Source of the DNA: Auanema rhodensis | Taxonomy: Eukaryota > Animalia > Nematoda | Assembly (NCBI GenBank): GCA_964057225.1 | Contig: OZ059900.1 | Location: 7,750,001 to 7,814,000 of the forward strand | Length of the DNA stretch: 64,000 nucleotides | Reading direction: 5' to 3' | In this document: positions 43,001-56,167 of the stretch, one piece after another | How positions within the stretch are numbered: position 1 is the stretch's first letter | Layout: every line of letters begins with the position of its first letter | Position numbers and translations under genes: made by a program | Notes under the pieces: generated by a model | The model's database searches: none | What the model was told of the DNA's origin: nothing | What the model saw: the letters and a program-made list of their open reading frames with translations, nothing else

Positions 43001-45039
43001 TGTATGTTTTGATCAGACCCTTTGAGATATGGATTTGAAATTCAGGATTCATAAACTTTGACTATTTTTACATATATATGTCCAATTTTAACCACTTTGG
43101 TCAAAAAGGACCGAAAATATCAAGAATTATTGGTTTTTTGGGGATTGAAGGGCATTTTGGCAAAATCAGTCAAACTTTTGCTCTTAAGCATATTTTTTTC
43201 TTCTAAAACGACTAAATGTATGAAATACTGTCATAGAATGTTCATATAGGTGTATTTTGCACGAATATCAAAACTGATTGAAATATGGGCCTTTTTATGC
43301 TCAAAACGCCATATATTCAACGATTTTGGGTACAAAACATGTGAAAACTGTATGTTTTGATCAGACCCTTTGAGATATGGATTTAAAATTCAGGATTCAT
43401 AAAATTCGACTATTTTTACATATATATGTCCAATTTTAACCACTTTGGTCAAAATGGACCGAAAATATCAAGAATTATTGGTTTTTTGGGGTTTGAAGGG
43501 CATTTTGGCAAAATCAGTCAAACTTTTGATCTTAAGCATATTTTTTTCTTCTAAAACGACTAAATGTATGAAATACTGTCAAAGAATGTTCATATAGGTG
43601 TATTTTGCACGAATATCAAAACTGATTGAAATATGGGCCTTTTTATGTTCAAAACACCATATATTCAACGATTTTGGGTACAAAACATGTGAAAACTGTA
43701 TGTTTTGATCAGACCCTTTGAGATATGGATTTGAAATTCAGGATTCATAAACTTCGACTATTTTTACATATATATGTCCAATTTTAACCACTTTGGTCGA
43801 AAAGGACCGAAAATATCAAGAATTATTGGTTTTTTGGGGATTGAAGGGCATTTTGGCAAAATCAGTCAAACTTTTGATCTTAAGCATATTTTTTTCTTCT
43901 AAAACGACTAAATGTATGAAATACTGTCATAGAATGTTCATATAGGTGTATTTTGCACGAATATCAAAACTGATTGAAATATGGGCCTTTTTATGTTCAA
44001 AACGCCATATATTCAACGATTTTGGGTACAAAACATGTGAAAACTGTATGTTTTGATCAGACCCTTTGAGATATGGATTTGAAATTCAGGATTCATAAAC
44101 TTTGACTATTTTTACATATATATGTCCAATTTTAACCACTTTGGTCAAAAAGGACCGAAAATATCAAGAATTATTGGTTTTTTGGGGTTTGAAGGGCATT
44201 GTGGCAAAATCAGTCAAACTTTTGATCTTAAGCATATTTTTTTCTTCTAAAACGACTAAATGTATGAAATACTGTCAAAGAATGTTCATATAGGTGTATT
44301 TTGCACGAATATCAAAACTGATTGAAATATGGGCCTTTTTATGTTCAAAACGCCATATATTCAACGATTTTGGGTACAAAACATGTGAAAACTGTATGTT
44401 TTGATCAGACCCTTTGAGATATGGATTTGAAATTCAGGATTCATAAACTTCGACTATTTTCACATATATATGTCCAATTTTAACCACTTTGGTCGAAAAG
44501 GACCGAAAATATCAAGAATTATTGGTTTTTTGGGGATTGAAGGGCATTTTGGCAAAATCAGTCAAACTTTTGATCTTAAGCATATTTTTTTCTTCTAAAA
44601 CGACTAAATGTATGAAATACTGTCATAGAATGTTCATATAGGTGTATTTTGCACGAATATCAAAACTGATTGAAATATGGGCCTTTTTATGTTCAAAACG
44701 CCATATATTCAACGATTTTGGGTACAAAACATGTGAAAACTGTATGTTTTGATCAGACCCTTTGAGATATGGATTTGAAATTCAGGATTCATAAACTTTG
44801 ACTATTTTTACATATATATGTCCAATTTTAACCACTTTGGTCAAAAAGGACCGAAAATATCAAGAATTATTGGTTTTTTGGGGATTGAAGGGCATTTTGG
44901 CAAAATCAGTCAAACTTTTGCTCTTAAGCATATTTTTTTCTTCTAAAACGACTAAATGTATGAAATACTGTCATAGAATGTTCATATAGGTGTATTTTGC
45001 ACGAATATCAAAACTGATTGAAATATGGGCCTTTTTATG

Positions 45040-48000
45040 CTCAAAACGCCATATATTCAACGATTTTGGGTACAAAACATGTGAAAACTGTATGTTTTGA
45101 TCAGACCCTTTGAGATATGGATTTAAAATTCAGGATTCATAAAATTCGACTATTTTTACATATATATGTCCAATTTTAACCACTTTGGTCAAAAAGGACC
45201 GAAAATATCAAGAATTATTGGTTTTTTGGGGTTTGAAGGGCATTTTGGCAAAATCAGTCAAACTTTTGATCTTAAGCATATTTTTTTCTTCTAAAACGAC
45301 TAAATGTATGAAATACTGTCAAAGAATGTTCATATAGGTGTATTTTGCACGAATATCAAAACTGATTGAAATATGGGCCTTTTTATGTTCAAAACGCCAT
45401 ATATTCAACGATTTTGGGTACAAAACATGTGAAAACTGTATGTTTTGATCAGACCCTTTGAGATATGGATTTGAAATTCAGGATTCATAAACTTCGACTA
45501 TTTTTACATATATATGTCCAATTTTAACCACTTTGGTCGAAAAGGACCGAAAATATCAAGAATTATTGGTTTTTTGGGGATTGAAGGGCATTTTGGCAAA
45601 ATCAGTCAAACTTTTGATCTTAAGCATATTTTTTTCTTCTAAAACGACTAAATGTATGAAATACTGTCATAGAATGTTCATATAGGTGTATTTTGCACGA
45701 ATATCAAAACTGATTGAAATATGGGCCTTTTTATGTTCAAAACGCCATATATTCAACGATTTTGGGTACAAAACATGTGAAAACTGTATGTTTTGATCAG
45801 ACCCTTTGAGATATGGATTTGGAATTCAGGATTCATAAACTTTGACTATTTTTACATATATATGTTCAATTTTAACCACTTTGGTCAAAAAGGACCGAAA
45901 ATATCAAGAATTATTGGTTTTTTGGGGTTTGAAGGGCATTTTGGCAAAATCAGTCAAACTTTTGATCTTAAGCATATTTTTTTCTTCTAAAACGACTAAA
46001 TGTATGAAATACTGTCATAGAATGTTCATATAGGTGTATTTTGCACGAATATCAAAACTGATTGAAATATGGGCCTTTTTATGCTCAAAACGCCATATAT
46101 TCAACGATTTTGGGTACAAAACATGTGAAAACTGTATGTTTTGATCAGACCCTTTGAGATATGGATTTGAAATTCAGGATTCATAAACTTCGACTATTTC
46201 TACATATATATGTCCAATTTTAACCACTTTGGTCAAAAAGGACCGAAAATATCAAGAATTATTGGTTTTTTGGGGTTTGAAGGGCATTTTGGCAAAATCA
46301 GTCAAACTTTTGATCTTAAGCATATTTTTTTTTCTAAAACGACTAAATGTATGAAATACTGTCAAAGAATGTTCATATAGGTGTATTTTGCACGAATATC
46401 AAAACTGATTGAAATATGGGCCTTTTTATGTTCAAAACGCCATATATTCAACGATTTTGGGTACAAAACATGTGAAAACTGTATGTTTTGATCAGACCCT
46501 TTGAGATATGGATTTGAAATTCAGGATTCATAAACTTCGACTATTTTTACATATATATGTCCAATTTTAACCACTTTGGTCGAAAAGGACCGAAAATATC
46601 AAGAATTATTGGTTTTTTGGGGATTGAAGGGCATTTTGGCAAAATCAGTCAAACTTTTGATCTTAAGCATATTTTTTTCTTCTAAAACGACTAAATGTAT
46701 GAAATACTGTCATAGAATGTTCATATAGGTGTATTTTGCACGAATATCAAAACTGATTGAAATATGGGCCTTTTTATGTTCAAAACGCCATATATTCAAC
46801 GATTTTGGGTACAAAACATGTGAAAACTGTATGTTTTGATCAGACCCTTTGAGATATGGATTTCGAATTCAGGATTCATAAACTTTGACTATTTTTACAT
46901 ATATATGTTCAATTTCAACCACTTTGGTCAAAAAGGACCGAAAATATCAAGAATTATCGTTTTTTTGGGGTTTGAAGGGCATTTTGGCTAAATCAGTCAA
47001 ACTTTTGATCTTAAGCATATTTTTTTCTTCTAAAACGACTAAATGTATGAAATACTGTCATAGAATGTTCATATAGGTGTATTTTGCACGAATATCAAAA
47101 CTGATTGAAATATGGGCCTTTTTATGTTCAAAACGCCATATATTCAACGATTTTGGGTACAAAACATGTGAAAACTGTATGTTTTGATCAGACCCTTTGA
47201 GATATGGATTTCGAATTCAGGATTCATAAACTTTGACTATTTTTACATATATATGTTCAATTTCAACCACTTTGGTCAAAAAGGACCGAAAATATCAAGA
47301 ATTATCGTTTTTTTGGGGTTTGAAGGGCATTTTGGCTAAATCAGTCAAACTTTTGATCTTAAGCATATTTTTTTCTTCTAAAACGACTAAATGTATGAAA
47401 TACTGTCATAGAATGTTCATATAGGTGTATTTTGCACGAATATCAAAACTGATTGAAATATGGGCCTTTTTATGTTCAAAACGCCATATATTCAACGATT
47501 TTGGGTACAAAACATGTGAAAACTGTATGTTTTGATCAGACCCTTTGAGATATGGATTTGAAATTCAGGATTCATAAACTTCGACTATTTCTACATATAT
47601 ATGTCCAATTTTAACCACTTTGGTCAAAAAGGACCGAAAATATCAAGAATTATTGGTTTTTTGGGGTTTGAAGGGCATTTTGGCAAAATCAGTCAAACTT
47701 TTGATCTTAAGCATATTTTTTTTTCTAAAACGACTAAATGTATGAAATACTGTCAAAGAATGTTCATATAGGTGTATTTTGTACGAATATCAAAACTGAT
47801 TGAAATATGGGCCTTTTTATGCTCAAAACGCCATATATTCAACGATTTTGGGTACAAAACATGTGAAAACTGTATGTTTTGATCAGACCCTTTGAGATAT
47901 GGATTTGAAATTCAGGATTCATAAACTTCGACTATTTTTACATATATATGTCCAATTTTAACCACTTTGGTCGAAAAGGACCGAAAATATCAAGAATTAT

Positions 48001-50951
48001 TGGTTTTTTGGGGATTGAAGGGCATTTTGGCAAAATCAGTCAAACTTTTGATCTTAAGCATATTTTTTTCTTCTAAAACGACTAAATTTATGAAATAATG
48101 TCATAGAATGTTCATATAGGTGTATTTTGCACGAATATCAAAACTGATTGAAATATGGGCCTTTTTATGCTCAAAACGCCATATATTCAACGATTTTGGG
48201 TACAAAACATGTGAAAACTGTATGTTTTGATCAGACCCTTTGAGATATGGATTTAAAATTCAGGATTCATAAAATTCGACTATTTTTACATATATATGTC
48301 CAATTTTAACCACTTTGGTCAAAAAGGACCGAAAATATCAAGAATTATTGGTTTTTTGGGGTTTGAAGGGCATTTTGGCAAAATCAGTCAAACTTTTGAT
48401 CTTAAGCATATTTTTTTCTTCTAAAACGACTAAATGTATGAAATACTGTCAAAGAATGTTCATATAGGTGTATTTTGCACGAATATCAAAACTGATTGAA
48501 ATATGGGCCTTTTTATGTTCAAAACGCCATATATTCAACGATTTTGGGTACAAAACATGTGAAAACTGTATGTTTTGATCAGACCCTTTGAGATATGGAT
48601 TTGAAATTCAGGATTCATAAACTTCGACTATTTTTACATATATATGTCCAATTTTAACCACTTTGGTCGAAAAGGACCGAAAATATCAAGAATTATTGGT
48701 TTTTTGGGGATTGAAGGGCATTTTGGCAAAATCAGTCAAACTTTTGATCTTAAGCATATTTTTTTCTTCTAAAACGACTAAATGTATGAAATACTGTCAT
48801 AGAATGTTCATATAGGTGTATTTTGCACGAATATCAAAACTGATTGAAATATGGGCCTTTTTATGTTCAAAACGCCATATATTCAACGATTTTGGGTACA
48901 AAACATGTGAAAACTGTATGTTTTGATCAGACCCTTTGAGATATGGATTTGGAATTCAGGATTCATAAACTTTGACTATTTTTACATATATATGTTCAAT
49001 TTTAACCACTTTGGTCAAAAAGGACCGAAAATATCAAGAATTATTGGTTTTTTGGGGTTTGAAGGGCATTTTGGCAAAATCAGTCAAACTTTTGATCTTA
49101 AGCATATTTTTTTCTTCTAAAACGACTAAATGTATGAAATACTGTCATAGAATGTTCATATAGGTGTATTTTGCACGAATATCAAAACTGATTGAAATAT
49201 GGGCCTTTTTATGCTCAAAACGCCATATATTCAACGATTTTGGGTACAAAACATGTGAAAACTGTATGTTTTGATCAGACCCTTTGAGATATGGATTTGA
49301 AATTCAGGATTCATAAACTTCGACTATTTCTACATATATATGTCCAATTTTAACCACTTTGGTCAAAAAGGACCGAAAATATCAAGAATTATTGGTTTTT
49401 TGGGGTTTGAAGGGCATTTTGGCAAAATCAGTCAAACTTTTGATCTTAAGCATATTTTTTTTTCTAAAACGACTAAATGTATGAAATACTGTCAAAGAAT
49501 GTTCATATAGGTGTATTTTGCACGAATATCAAAACTGATTGAAATATGGGCCTTTTTATGTTCAAAACGCCATATATTCAACGATTTTGGGTACAAAACA
49601 TGTGAAAACTGTATGTTTTGATCAGACCCTTTGAGATATGGATTTGAAATTCAGGATTCATAAACTTCGACTATTTTTACATATATATGTCCAATTTTAA
49701 CCACTTTGGTCGAAAAGGACCGAAAATATCAAGAATTATTGGTTTTTTGGGGATTGAAGGGCATTTTGGCAAAATCAGTCAAACTTTTGATCTTAAGCAT
49801 ATTTTTTTCTTCTAAAACGACTAAATGTATGAAATACTGTCATAGAATGTTCATATAGGTGTATTTTGCACGAATATCAAAACTGATTGAAATATGGGCC
49901 TTTTTATGTTCAAAACGCCATATATTCAACGATTTTGGGTACAAAACATGTGAAAACTGTATGTTTTGATCAGACCCTTTGAGATATGGATTTCGAATTC
50001 AGGATTCATAAACTTTGACTATTTTTACATATATATGTTCAATTTCAACCACTTTGGTCAAAAAGGACCGAAAATATCAAGAATTATCGTTTTTTTGGGG
50101 TTTGAAGGGCATTTTGGCTAAATCAGTCAAACTTTTGATCTTAAGCATATTTTTTTCTTCTAAAACGACTAAATGTATGAAATACTGTCATAGAATGTTC
50201 ATATAGGTGTATTTTGCACGAATATCAAAACTGATTGAAATATGGGCCTTTTTATGTTCAAAACGCCATATATTCAACGATTTTGGGTACAAAACATGTG
50301 AAAACTGTATGTTTTGATCAGACCCTTTGAGATATGGATTTCGAATTCAGGATTCATAAACTTTGACTATTTTTACATATATATGTTCAATTTCAACCAC
50401 TTTGGTCAAAAAGGACCGAAAATATCAAGAATTATCGTTTTTTTGGGGTTTGAAGGGCATTTTGGCTAAATCAGTCAAACTTTTGATCTTAAGCATATTT
50501 TTTTCTTCTAAAACGACTAAATGTATGAAATACTGTCATAGAATGTTCATATAGGTGTATTTTGCACGAATATCAAAACTGATTGAAATATGGGCCTTTT
50601 TATGTTCAAAACGCCATATATTCAACGATTTTGGGTACAAAACATGTGAAAACTGTATGTTTTGATCAGACCCTTTGAGATATGGATTTGAAATTCAGGA
50701 TTCATAAACTTCGACTATTTCTACATATATATGTCCAATTTTAACCACTTTGGTCAAAAAGGACCGAAAATATCAAGAATTATTGGTTTTTTGGGGTTTG
50801 AAGGGCATTTTGGCAAAATCAGTCAAACTTTTGATCTTAAGCATATTTTTTTTTCTAAAACGACTAAATGTATGAAATACTGTCAAAGAATGTTCATATA
50901 GGTGTATTTTGTACGAATATCAAAACTGATTGAAATATGGGCCTTTTTATG
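45040..50951 (+). repeat. Duplicated 8-monomer block at 3130-bp (9 monomers minus 2 bp) period, with a nested identical-monomer doublet
   Basis: ORF pairs 45842/48972, 46885/50015 and 47233/50363 are all 3130 apart. The copies share the private variants AATTTCAACC, ATTATCGTT and GTACGAAT (47781/50911) and two 1-bp deletions each. Confidence 0.93.
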
Positions 50952-53900
50952 CTCAAAACGCCATATATTCAACGATTTTGGGTACAAAACATGTGAAAAC
51001 TGTATGTTTTGATCAGACCCTTTGAGATATGGATTTGAAATTCAGGATTCATAAACTTTGACTATTTTTACATATATATGTTCAATTTTAACCACTTTGG
51101 TCAAAAAGGACCGAAAATATCAAGAATTATTGGTTTTTTGGGGTTTGAAGGGCATTTTGGCAAAATCAGTCAAACTTTTGATCTTAAGCATATTTTTTTC
51201 TTCTAAAACGACTAAATGTTTGGAAATACTGTCATAGAATGTTCATATAGGTGTATTTTGCACGAATATCAAAACTGATTGAAATATGGGCCTTTTTATG
51301 TTCAAAACGCCATATATTCAACGATTTTGGGTACAAAACATGTGAAAACTGTATGTTTTGATCAGACCCTTTGAGATATGGATTTGAAATTCAGGATTCA
51401 TAAACTTTGACTATTTTTACATATATATGTCCAATTTTAACCACTTTGGTCAAAAAGGACCGAAAATATCAAGAATTATTGGTTTTTTGGGGATTGAAGG
51501 GCATTTTGGCAAAATCAGTCAAACTTTTGATCTTAAGCATATTTTTTTCTTCTAAAACGACTAAATGTATGAAATACTGTCATAGAATGTTCATATAGGT
51601 GTATTTTGCACGAATATCAAAACTGATTGAAATATGGGCCTTTTTATGCTCAAAACGCCATATATTCAACGATTTTGGGTACAAAACATGTGAAAACTGT
51701 ATGTTTTGATCAGACCCTTTGAGATATGGATTTGAAATTCAGGATTCATAAACTTTGACTATTTCTACATATATATGTCCAATTTTAACCACTTTGGTCA
51801 AAAAGGACCGAAAATATCAAGAATTATTGGTTTTTTGGGGTTTGAAGGGCATTTTGGCAAAATCAGTCAAACTTTTGATCTTAAGCATATTTTTTTCTTC
51901 TAAAACGACTAAATGTATGAAATACTGTCAAAGAATGTTCATATAGGTGTATTTTGCACGAATATCAAAACTGATTGAAATATGGGCCTTTTTATGCTCA
52001 AAACGCCATATATTCAACGATTTTGGGTACAAAACATGTGAAAACTGTATGTTTTGATCAGACCCTTTGAGATATGGATTTGAAATTCAGGATTCATAAA
52101 CTTTGACTATTTTTACATATATATGTCCAATTTTAACCACTTTGGTCGAAAAGGACCGAAAATATCAAGAATTATTGGTTTTTTGGGGATTGAAGGGCAT
52201 TTTGGCAAAATCAGTGAAACTTTTGATCTTAAGCATATTTTTTTCTTCTAAAACGACTAAATGTATGAAATACTGTCATAGAATGTTCATATAGGTGTAT
52301 TTTGCACGAATATCAAAACTGATTGAAATATGGGCCTTTTTATGTTCAAAACGCCATATATTCAACGATTTTGGGTACAAAACATGTGAAAACTGTATGT
52401 TTTGATCAGACCCTTTGAGATATGGATTTGAAATTCAGGATTCATAAACTTTGACTATTTTTACATATATATGTCCAATTTTAACCACTTTGGTCAAAAA
52501 GGACCGAAAATATCAAGAATTATTGGTTTTGTGGGGATTGAAGGGCATTTTGGCAAAATCAGTCAAACTTTTGATCTTAAGCATATTTTTTTCTTCTAAA
52601 ACGACTAAATGTATGAAATACTGTCATAGAATGTTCATATAGGTGTATTTTGCACGAATATCAAAACTGATTGAAATATGGGCCTTTTTATGCTCAAAAC
52701 GCCATATATTCAACGATTTTGGGTACAAAACATGTGAAAACTGTATGTTTTGATCAGACCCTTTGAGATATGGATTTAAAATTCAGGATTCATAAAATTC
52801 GACTATTTTTACATATATATGTCCAATTTTAACCACTTTGGTCAAAAAGGACCGAAAATATCAAGAATTATTGGTTTTTTGGGGTTTGAAGGGCATTTTG
52901 GCAAAATCAGTCAAACTTTTGATCTTAAGCATATTTTTTTCTTCTAAAACGACTAAATGTATGAAATACTGTCATAGAATGTTCATATAGGTGTATTTTG
53001 CACGAATATCAAAACTGATTGAAATATGGGCCTTTTTATGCTCAAAACGCCATATATTCAACGATTTTGGGTACAAAACATGTGAAAACTGTATGTTTTG
53101 ATCAGACCCTTTGAGATATGGATTTGAAATTCAGGATTCATAAACTTCGACTATTTCTACATATATATGTCCAATTTTAACCACTTTGGTCAAAAAGGAC
53201 CGAAAATATCAAGAATTATTGGTTTTTTGGGGTTTGAAGGGCATTTTGGCAAAATCAGTCAAACTTTTGATCTTAAGCATATTTTTTTTTCTAAAACGAC
53301 TAAATGTATGAAATACTGTCAAAGAATGTTCATATAGGTGTATTTTGCACGAATATCAAAACTGATTGAAATATGGGCCTTTTTATGTTCAAAACGCCAT
53401 ATATTCAACGATTTTGGGTACAAAACATGTGAAAACTGTATGTTTTGATCAGACCCTTTGAGATATGGATTTGAAATTCAGGATTCATAATCTTCGACTA
53501 TTTTTACATATATATGTCCAATTTTAACCACTTTGGTCGAAAAGGACCGAAAATATCAAGAATTATTGGTTTTTTGGGGATTGAAGGGCATTTTGGCAAA
53601 ATCAGTCAAACTTTTGATCTTAAGCATATTTTTTTCTTCTAAAACGACTAAATGTATGAAATACTGTCATAGAATGTTCATATAGGTGTATTTTGCACAA
53701 ATATCAAAACTGATTGAAATATGGGCCTTTTTATGCTCAAAACGCCATATATTCAACGATTTTGGGTACAAAACATGTGAAAACTGTATGTTTTGATCAG
53801 ACCCTTTGAGATATGGATTTGAAATTCAGGATTCATAAACTTTGACTATTTTTACATATATATGTCCAATTTTAACCACTTTGGTCAAAAAGGACCGAAA

Positions 53901-54083
53901 ATATCAAGAATTATTGGTTTTTTGGGGTTTGAAGGGCATTTTGGCTAAATCAGTCAAACTTTTGATCTTAAGCATATTTTTTTCTTCTAAAACGACTAAA
54001 TGTATGAAATACTGTCAAAGAATGTTCATATAGGTGTATTTTGCACGAATATCAAAACTGATTGAAATATGGGCCTTTTTATG

Positions 54084-56167
54084 CTCAAAACGCCATATAT
54101 TCAACGATTTTGGGTACAAAACATGTGAAAACTGTATGTTTTGATCAGACCCTTTGAGATATGGATTTGAAATTCAGGATTCATAAACTTCGACTATTTC
54201 TACATATATATGTCCAATTTTAACCACTTTGGTCAAAAAGGACCGAAAATATCAAGAATTATTGGTTTTTTGGGGTTTGAAGGGCATTTTGGCAAAATCA
54301 GTCAAACTTTTGATCTTAAGCATATTTTTTTTTCTAAAACGACTAAATGTATGAAATACTGTCAAAGAATGTTCATATAGGTGTATTTTGCACGAATATC
54401 AAAACTGATTGAAATATGGGCCTTTTTATGCTCAAAACGCCATATATTCAACGATTTTGGGTACAAAACATGTGAAAACTGTATGTTTTGATCAGACCCT
54501 TTGAGATATGGATTTGAAATTCAGGATTCATAAACTTTGACTTTTTTTACATATATATGTTCAATTTTAACCACTTTGGTCAAAAAGGACCGAAAATATC
54601 AAGAATTATTGGTTTTTTGGGGTTTGAAGGGCATTTTGGCAAAATCAGTCAAACTTTTGATCTTAAGCATATTTTTTTCTTCTAAAACGACTAAATGTAT
54701 GAAATACTGTCATAGAATGTTCATATAGGTGTATTTTGCACGAATATCAAAACTGATTGAAATATGGGCCTTTTTATGTTCAAAACGCCATATATTCAAC
54801 GATTTTGGGTACAAAACATGTGAAAACTGTATGTTTTGATCAGACCCTTTGAGATATGGATTTGAAATTCAGGATTCATAAACTTTGACTATTTTTACAT
54901 ATATATGTCCAATTTAACCACTTTGGTCAAAAAGGACCGAAAATATCAAGAATTATTGGTTTTTTGGGGATTGAAGGGCATTTTGGCAAAATCAGTCAAA
55001 CTTTTGATCTTAAGCATATTTTTTTCTTCTAAAACGACTAAATGTATGAAATACTGTCATAGAATGTTCATATAGGTGTATTTTGCACGAATATCAAAAC
55101 TGATTGAAATATGGGCCTTTTTATGTTCAAAACGCCATATATTCAACGATTTTGGGTACAAAACATGTGAAAACTGTATGTTTTGATCAGACCCTTTGAG
55201 ATATGGATTTGAAATTCAGGATTCATAAACTTCGACTATTTCTACATATATATGTCCAATTTTAACCACTTTGGTCAAAAAGGACCGAAAATATCAAGAA
55301 TTATTGGTTTTTTGGGGTTTGAAGGGCATTTTGGCAAAATCAGTCAAACTTTTGATCTTAAGCATATTTTTTTTTCTAAAACGACTAAATGTATGAAATA
55401 CTGTCAAAGAATGTTCATATAGGTGTATTTTGCACGAATATCAAAACTGATTGAAATATGGGCCTTTTTATGCTCAAAACGCCATATATTCAACGATTTT
55501 GGGTACAAAACATGTGAAAACTGTATGTTTTGATCAGACCCTTTGAGATATGGATTTGAAATTCAGGATTCATAAACTTTGACTTTTTTTACATATATAT
55601 GTTCAATTTTAACCACTTTGGTCAAAAAGGACCGAAAATATCAAGAATTATTGGTTTTTTGGGGTTTGAAGGGCATTTTGGCAAAATCAGTCAAACTTTT
55701 GATCTTAAGCATATTTTTTTCTTCTAAAACGACTAAATGTATGAAATACTGTCATAGAATGTTCATATAGGTGTATTTTGCACGAATATCAAAACTGATT
55801 GAAATATGGGCCTTTTTATGTTCAAAACGCCATATATTCAACGATTTTGGGTACAAAACATGTGAAAACTGTATGTTTTGATCAGACCCTTTGAGATATG
55901 GATTTGAAATTCAGGATTCATAAACTTTGACTATTTTTACATATATATGTCCAATTTAACCACTTTGGTCAAAAAGGACCGAAAATATCAAGAATTATTG
56001 GTTTTTTGGGGATTGAAGGGCATTTTGGCAAAATCAGTCAAACTTTTGATCTTAAGCATATTTTTTTCTTCTAAAACGACTAAATGTATGAAATACTGTC
56101 ATAGAATGTTCATATAGGTGTATTTTGCACGAATATCAAAACTGATTGAAATATGGGCCTTTTTATG
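54084..56167 (+). repeat. Tandem duplication of a 3-monomer block, 1042-bp period
   Basis: The private GACTTTTTTTAC variant (ORFs 54537/55579) and the private 1-bp deletion CCAATTTAACC (~54915/~55957) are each repeated. 1042 = 3x348 - 2. Confidence 0.92.

Noticed and set aside
3132-45735. Subtype order as an information-bearing code or programmed diversification system
   Set aside because: The pattern is adequately explained by ordinary duplication, unequal exchange and conversion. Nothing in the window indicates a dedicated enzyme, target site or readout.
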